In this document: in pieces, positions 59,949 through 64,000 of the stretch
Numbering within the stretch: position 1 is the first letter of the stretch
Layout: each line of letters begins with the position of its first letter
DNA from: Candidatus Poribacteria bacterium
Lineage (GTDB): Bacteria; Poribacteria; WGA-4E; PCPOR2b
Reading direction: 5' to 3'
Length of the DNA: 64,000 nt
Assembly (NCBI GenBank): GCA_965215015.1
Contig: OZ244042.1
Coordinates: 4,992,001-5,056,000 of the forward strand
Position numbers and translations under genes: made by a program
The notes under the pieces: generated by a model
Databases searched by the model: none
What the model was told of the DNA's origin: nothing
Seen by the model: only the letters and a program-made list of their open reading frames with translations

Positions 59949-60714
59949 ACAAGATACACAGCCTGTTCAAAACCCACAATGCGATTATTTTCACTTCGGT
60001 TTAATCGTCACCGGCGAAACCGAACAGGGCCACCTCCCAAAGTTATTTAAGTCGGTAATGGAAACAGGGATTTGCACCTTTGAAGTGATTCGGCGCGTCG
60101 ATCAGCTGGGAGTAATTACCTCAACGAAAAGACTTAAAGCACTTCATAACGGCAAGGACATTCCTGATAAAGACGAGAAAATTGGATTGGAGGCAAGAAA
60201 GTATCTAATAACGCACCCTTGCCATTTTGTCCTCGTAATCGATGATTTGGAGTATGACCGCGGACATCAAGCACAACAAATCTTTAATCGTTATCGATTG
60301 GCCCTGGATACGATATTAAACGACTTGAAGCATCGCGCGTCTGTGCATTTTCTGGTGAATATGCTTGAGGCGTACTACTTTGCTGACGCACAAGCAATTA
60401 ACGCTGTCTTGGGAACCTCTCTGTCAGATGATGAAGGTGATGTAGAGGAAATTCGCCATCCTAAAAATAAGCTCAAAGGACTGTATTCCGGTTTTGATGA
60501 GATTAAACATGGCGAAGCAATTTTGAATAAAATCAACATCCCGCACATTTTATCTTGCCCCGACGCCTGCGCTTCGCTAAGAACCCTGTTTGCTTGGTGC
60601 GTAAAGGTGTTGGAAAAATATTCTAGTCACGATTCCACGGCTTTCAATGAAAAATACAAACTTCGCAAGGGAAAATTGAGCGAAATCACACGAACGCAGT
60701 TAGACAATTTTTAA
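59941..60714 (+). CDS. DUF4276-like (TOPRIM/RloB-like) protein
   Basis: Overlaps the ATPase stop; LIVTGETE, IDDLE, MLEAYYFAD, RHPKNKL, CASLR motifs. Confidence 0.7.
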   Translation: MTEQDTQPVQNPQCDYFHFGLIVTGETEQGHLPKLFKSVMETGICTFEVIRRVDQLGVITSTKRLKALHNGKDIPDKDEKIGLEARKYLITHPCHFVLVIDDLEYDRGHQAQQIFNRYRLALDTILNDLKHRASVHFLVNMLEAYYFADAQAINAVLGTSLSDDEGDVEEIRHPKNKLKGLYSGFDEIKHGEAILNKINIPHILSCPDACASLRTLFAWCVKVLEKYSSHDSTAFNEKYKLRKGKLSEITRTQLDNF

Positions 60715-60753
60715 TTTACCGTTAGCAATCACTCACAATCTTAGAGGAGCAAA

Positions 60754-62202
60754 ATGAGACATCAACAGATTCTAGGAACAGGTATCTTTTATATTATTCT
60801 CTTAACGGTTTTGATGGGTTCGGTAATACCTGCCGCCGCTGAAACGGCGATGTGGGGTTTCACGCCATCACGAAATCTCGTCTCCGATGAGAAAAATCTG
60901 CCAGAAAAATGGGACGTGGAGACCGGATTAAACATCAAATGGACGGCAACTTTGGGTTCACAGACCTATGCGGGCCCCGTTCTCATCGGTGGGAAGGTGT
61001 TTGTCGGAACGAACAATCAAGGAAGGCGAAATCCGAAACTTACCGGAGATCGGGGGGTCATCATGGCGTTCCGCGAGTCGGACGGGGAATTTCTCTGGCA
61101 ATCCACACATACCAAACTCCCCGCCGGACGCGTCAACGATTGGCCTCAACAGGGGATTTGCTCGACACCTTTCATTGAGAACAATCGGCTTTACTATATT
61201 TCCAACCGCGCTGAAATCGTCTGTGTCGATACCGAAGGCTTTATGGACGGGGAAAATGACGGACCCTTCACGGAGGAGACTGACATCAGCGAAATCGATG
61301 GGGACATCATCTGGAAATATGATATGATCGAAGAATTGGAGGTTTTTCCGCACAATCTCGCGACCTGTTCCCCGATTGGTGCCGGCGATCTGATCTTCGT
61401 CATTACGAGCAACGGTGTTGATGAAGGGCATGTCCATATCCCTTCACCGTTCGCACCGAGCTTTATTGCAGTAAATAAAAATACAGGTGAACTCGTGTGG
61501 GAGGACGATTCACCCGGTGAGAATATCCTTCACGGCCAGTGGTCAAATCCGGCTTACGACGTCATTCAGGGGAAGCCGCAGGTGATTCTGCCCGGGGGCG
61601 ACGGTTGGATCTATTCCCTCGAACCTGAAACCGGAGAACTAATCTGGAAATTTGACTGCAATCCCCAAGATTCCGTTTGGGAACTGGGCGGCCGAGGGAC
61701 ACGCAATAACATTATTTCGACACCTGTCATCTGGGAGGATAAGGTTTACATCAGCGTAGGACAAGACCCAGAACACGGGGAGGGGGTCGGCCATCTCTGG
61801 GCGATTGACGCAACAGGTGAAGGGGACATCACCGAGACTGGAGCCGTCTGGCATCGAGGCTACGAGGATTTCCATCGCACGATGTCCACCGTAGCAATTG
61901 ACGATGATCTGCTCTACGTGGCAGACTTGAGCGGTTTCGTCTACTGCCTTGATGCCAACACGGGTGAGCATCATTGGACGTACGATACGTTTGCTGCAAT
62001 TTGGGGTTCAACATTCGTAGCGGATGGCAAGATATACATCGGAGACGAGGATGGAGATGTCGCCATCTTAAAAGCAGGGAAAGAAAAAGAACTTATTTTC
62101 GAGACCAACATGGGGAGTGCCGTTTATACCACCCCAATAGCAAAAGACGGTGTGCTGTATATCGCAAGCAGGAATACGCTCTTTGCGATTGCTATGGAGT
62201 AA
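60754..62202 (+). CDS. Secreted PQQ-like beta-propeller protein
   Basis: Signal peptide, WGFTPSRN, LGSQTY, STPVIWEDKVY, STFVADGKIYIGDEDG. Confidence 0.87.
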   Translation: MRHQQILGTGIFYIILLTVLMGSVIPAAAETAMWGFTPSRNLVSDEKNLPEKWDVETGLNIKWTATLGSQTYAGPVLIGGKVFVGTNNQGRRNPKLTGDRGVIMAFRESDGEFLWQSTHTKLPAGRVNDWPQQGICSTPFIENNRLYYISNRAEIVCVDTEGFMDGENDGPFTEETDISEIDGDIIWKYDMIEELEVFPHNLATCSPIGAGDLIFVITSNGVDEGHVHIPSPFAPSFIAVNKNTGELVWEDDSPGENILHGQWSNPAYDVIQGKPQVILPGGDGWIYSLEPETGELIWKFDCNPQDSVWELGGRGTRNNIISTPVIWEDKVYISVGQDPEHGEGVGHLWAIDATGEGDITETGAVWHRGYEDFHRTMSTVAIDDDLLYVADLSGFVYCLDANTGEHHWTYDTFAAIWGSTFVADGKIYIGDEDGDVAILKAGKEKELIFETNMGSAVYTTPIAKDGVLYIASRNTLFAIAME

Positions 62203-62253
62203 TGAAAACATGCAAAAGAGAGTCCCAACAGCAGTCGAGAGGAGAAGCAATCA

Positions 62254-63129
62254 ATGACTAACGATAACTTCCAACCTGTCAATTTACCATATCGATATGA
62301 ATTTGCAGCGGACGAACTCTCGGCAATTAAGGCGTGTCATGACGCACACGGTTTTGCCGTTGTGAAAAATGTGTCGTCGCTAGACTATGTGGAGGAATTG
62401 AAGGAATCTGTCAGGCAGGTCCTCGATCCGGAGGGCAACTTGGAACGTGGGGAGACGCGTGTTAAGCACGCTTTCATCGAATACTCAAACTCCCTTTGGA
62501 AATTGCTTGATAACGAATCCTACCTGAATATCAACCGATGTATTTTGGAGACCGACGCGCTCACCGTCCATCGGTCTGCTGTAATCCTGAAGAACGTTGC
62601 ATCCGGGCCGGTGACATGGCATACCGACTGGTGTGGCTTTTCCGCACCGCCGCCAAAACACTCCGGCGACGTGTTGAATCGCGGTGATTGGCCTAACGGT
62701 ATGTGGTTCTATCTCAACGGCACACATCCAAGCCGAGCGGGGCTTGCAGTTATCGCAGACTCCCATCAAGCTGACTGGCAACCGCCCGATGGGTTTGAGT
62801 TCACCGCAGATCAGCGTTCATTTCACCGAACGGGCGAAGAACCGAAACCCTATGACCGGATGGATGTACCGGGCGTCGTTCCACTTTTCACAGAACCGGG
62901 AGATCTCATCATTTTTGCGGCACGGACGTATCACGGTGCCTTTCCGCACGGTGGTGATGAACCCCGTCTTTCATGCGGCTTTATTTTTCGCCCAAGCCAA
63001 GAAAAACTCTCAATTCCGTGGGAATTACCTGAATCGGCACACCGATTCATAGAAGGACTTTCTCCACAGTTGCAGCATTTCGTTGCGGATTACCCAAGTA
63101 TTGATATCGACTGGAAGCTAGCGGATTGA
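62254..63129 (+). CDS. Phytanoyl-CoA dioxygenase (PhyH) family Fe/2OG oxygenase
   Basis: WHTD (HxD), PGDLIIF...YHGA, R.S motif. Confidence 0.82.
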   Translation: MTNDNFQPVNLPYRYEFAADELSAIKACHDAHGFAVVKNVSSLDYVEELKESVRQVLDPEGNLERGETRVKHAFIEYSNSLWKLLDNESYLNINRCILETDALTVHRSAVILKNVASGPVTWHTDWCGFSAPPPKHSGDVLNRGDWPNGMWFYLNGTHPSRAGLAVIADSHQADWQPPDGFEFTADQRSFHRTGEEPKPYDRMDVPGVVPLFTEPGDLIIFAARTYHGAFPHGGDEPRLSCGFIFRPSQEKLSIPWELPESAHRFIEGLSPQLQHFVADYPSIDIDWKLAD

Positions 63130-63160
63130 ACTTCCCATCCCACAGGATACATCTACAATT

Positions 63161-64000
63161 ATGGCCATCTTGAATCAATCACTATCTAAAAAAATGGGAC
63201 AAGCCCGTGATCAGCTTGATGCCCATGTTCGTGAAATTGTCCAGTGGCATTTTAGCCCAGAGACCGGCACCCCATTTTGGTTGGAATTTGCAGAGACGCT
63301 CGATTTTGATCCCCGCGAGAAAATCGGAAGCTACAACGACTTAAAACACCTTGGGCATTTTCAGGATGAATGGTTGCGCGGCGGACCAGTGCGGCGGTGG
63401 GTCCCCAAAGGTTACGCAGACCAACCTGTGTATGTATTTGAGACCGGAGGCTCTACCGGTGTTCCAAAGAGTCGTATTAGTATCCGTGATTTTCAGATTG
63501 ATTACGAGATGTTTAGCGAAACCTTACCTGATGTGAGCTTCCCACATGGCAGCGACTGGCTGATGCTCGGACCCACGGGCCCCCGACGACTCCGCCTCGC
63601 CGTTGAGTACCTCGCCCAACACCGTGGCGGCATCTGCTTCCTCGTTGACCTCGATCCGCGGTGGGTGAACAAATTGATTCAGTACGGAAAACATCAGGAG
63701 TTGGATCTTTATAAAAATCACGTTATTGATCAAGCCTTGAATATCCTACGCGCCCACGATAATATCCAGTGTCTGTTCACAACACCGAAGTTGCTTGAAG
63801 CGTTGTGCGAAAAAATTTCCCTACAAAAAGTTGGGATAAAAGGTATTTTTTGTGGCGGAACGGAGATGGACGCCCAATTTCACCGCTTTGCCCGCGAGGA
63901 GTTGGTGCCGGGCGTTGAATTTATGCCGACGTATGGAAACACCCTTATGGGCTTGGCGTGTTGCAAGCCGTTTGATCTCGCTGATAACTACGCGATTATC
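63161..64000 (+). CDS. EhpF-like acyl-AMP ligase (ANL superfamily), 3' end outside window
   Basis: Not in ORF track. My translation: ...VQWHFSPETGTPFW...VFETGGSTGVPKSR...LGPTGPRRL...DLDPRWV...FTTPKLLE...GGTEMD...TYGNTLMG. Confidence 0.75.
   Translation, partial: MAILNQSLSKKMGQARDQLDAHVREIVQWHFSPETGTPFWLEFAETLDFDPREKIGSYNDLKHLGHFQDEWLRGGPVRRWVPKGYADQPVYVFETGGSTGVPKSRISIRDFQIDYEMFSETLPDVSFPHGSDWLMLGPTGPRRLRLAVEYLAQHRGGICFLVDLDPRWVNKLIQYGKHQELDLYKNHVIDQALNILRAHDNIQCLFTTPKLLEALCEKISLQKVGIKGIFCGGTEMDAQFHRFAREELVPGVEFMPTYGNTLMGLACCKPFDLADNYAII

Noticed and set aside
63161-64000. Phenazine biosynthetic cluster
   Set aside because: Only an EhpF-like ligase is visible, with no phzA-G homologues

Overview
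About 50% GC bacterial chromosomal DNA, most likely Ca. Poribacteria (sponge symbiont). This is inferred from a secreted protein with dockerin/EF-hand repeats and an 'NHPNPFNPETWIPYQL...YWDGRN' C-terminal domain, several PQQ-like propellers, a PhyH dioxygenase, a CRTAC1/FG-GAP protein, TPR proteins and split microcompartment genes. The window holds ~50 CDS, including two partial BMC loci (BMC-H + aldehyde dehydrogenase + TPR + DegT; BMC-H + PduL + flavoprotein), an Hfq-like coiled-coil protein, a non-canonical PolX/PHP, a YdjY-acylphosphatase fusion, an AAA_21/DUF4276 pair and an EhpF-like ligase. A TonB-less exbB-exbD-exbD cluster lies behind a 1,111-aa putative outer-membrane lipoprotein. 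DNA-level features are two independent tandem triplications (616-bp units with promoter + TM/coiled-coil gene + captured 3' end of the neighbour; 244-bp units at a transposase remnant), several MITE/REP families and a decayed mobile-element relic. No rRNA, tRNA or CRISPR array was recognised. All calls come from reading motifs by eye; no database search was run.
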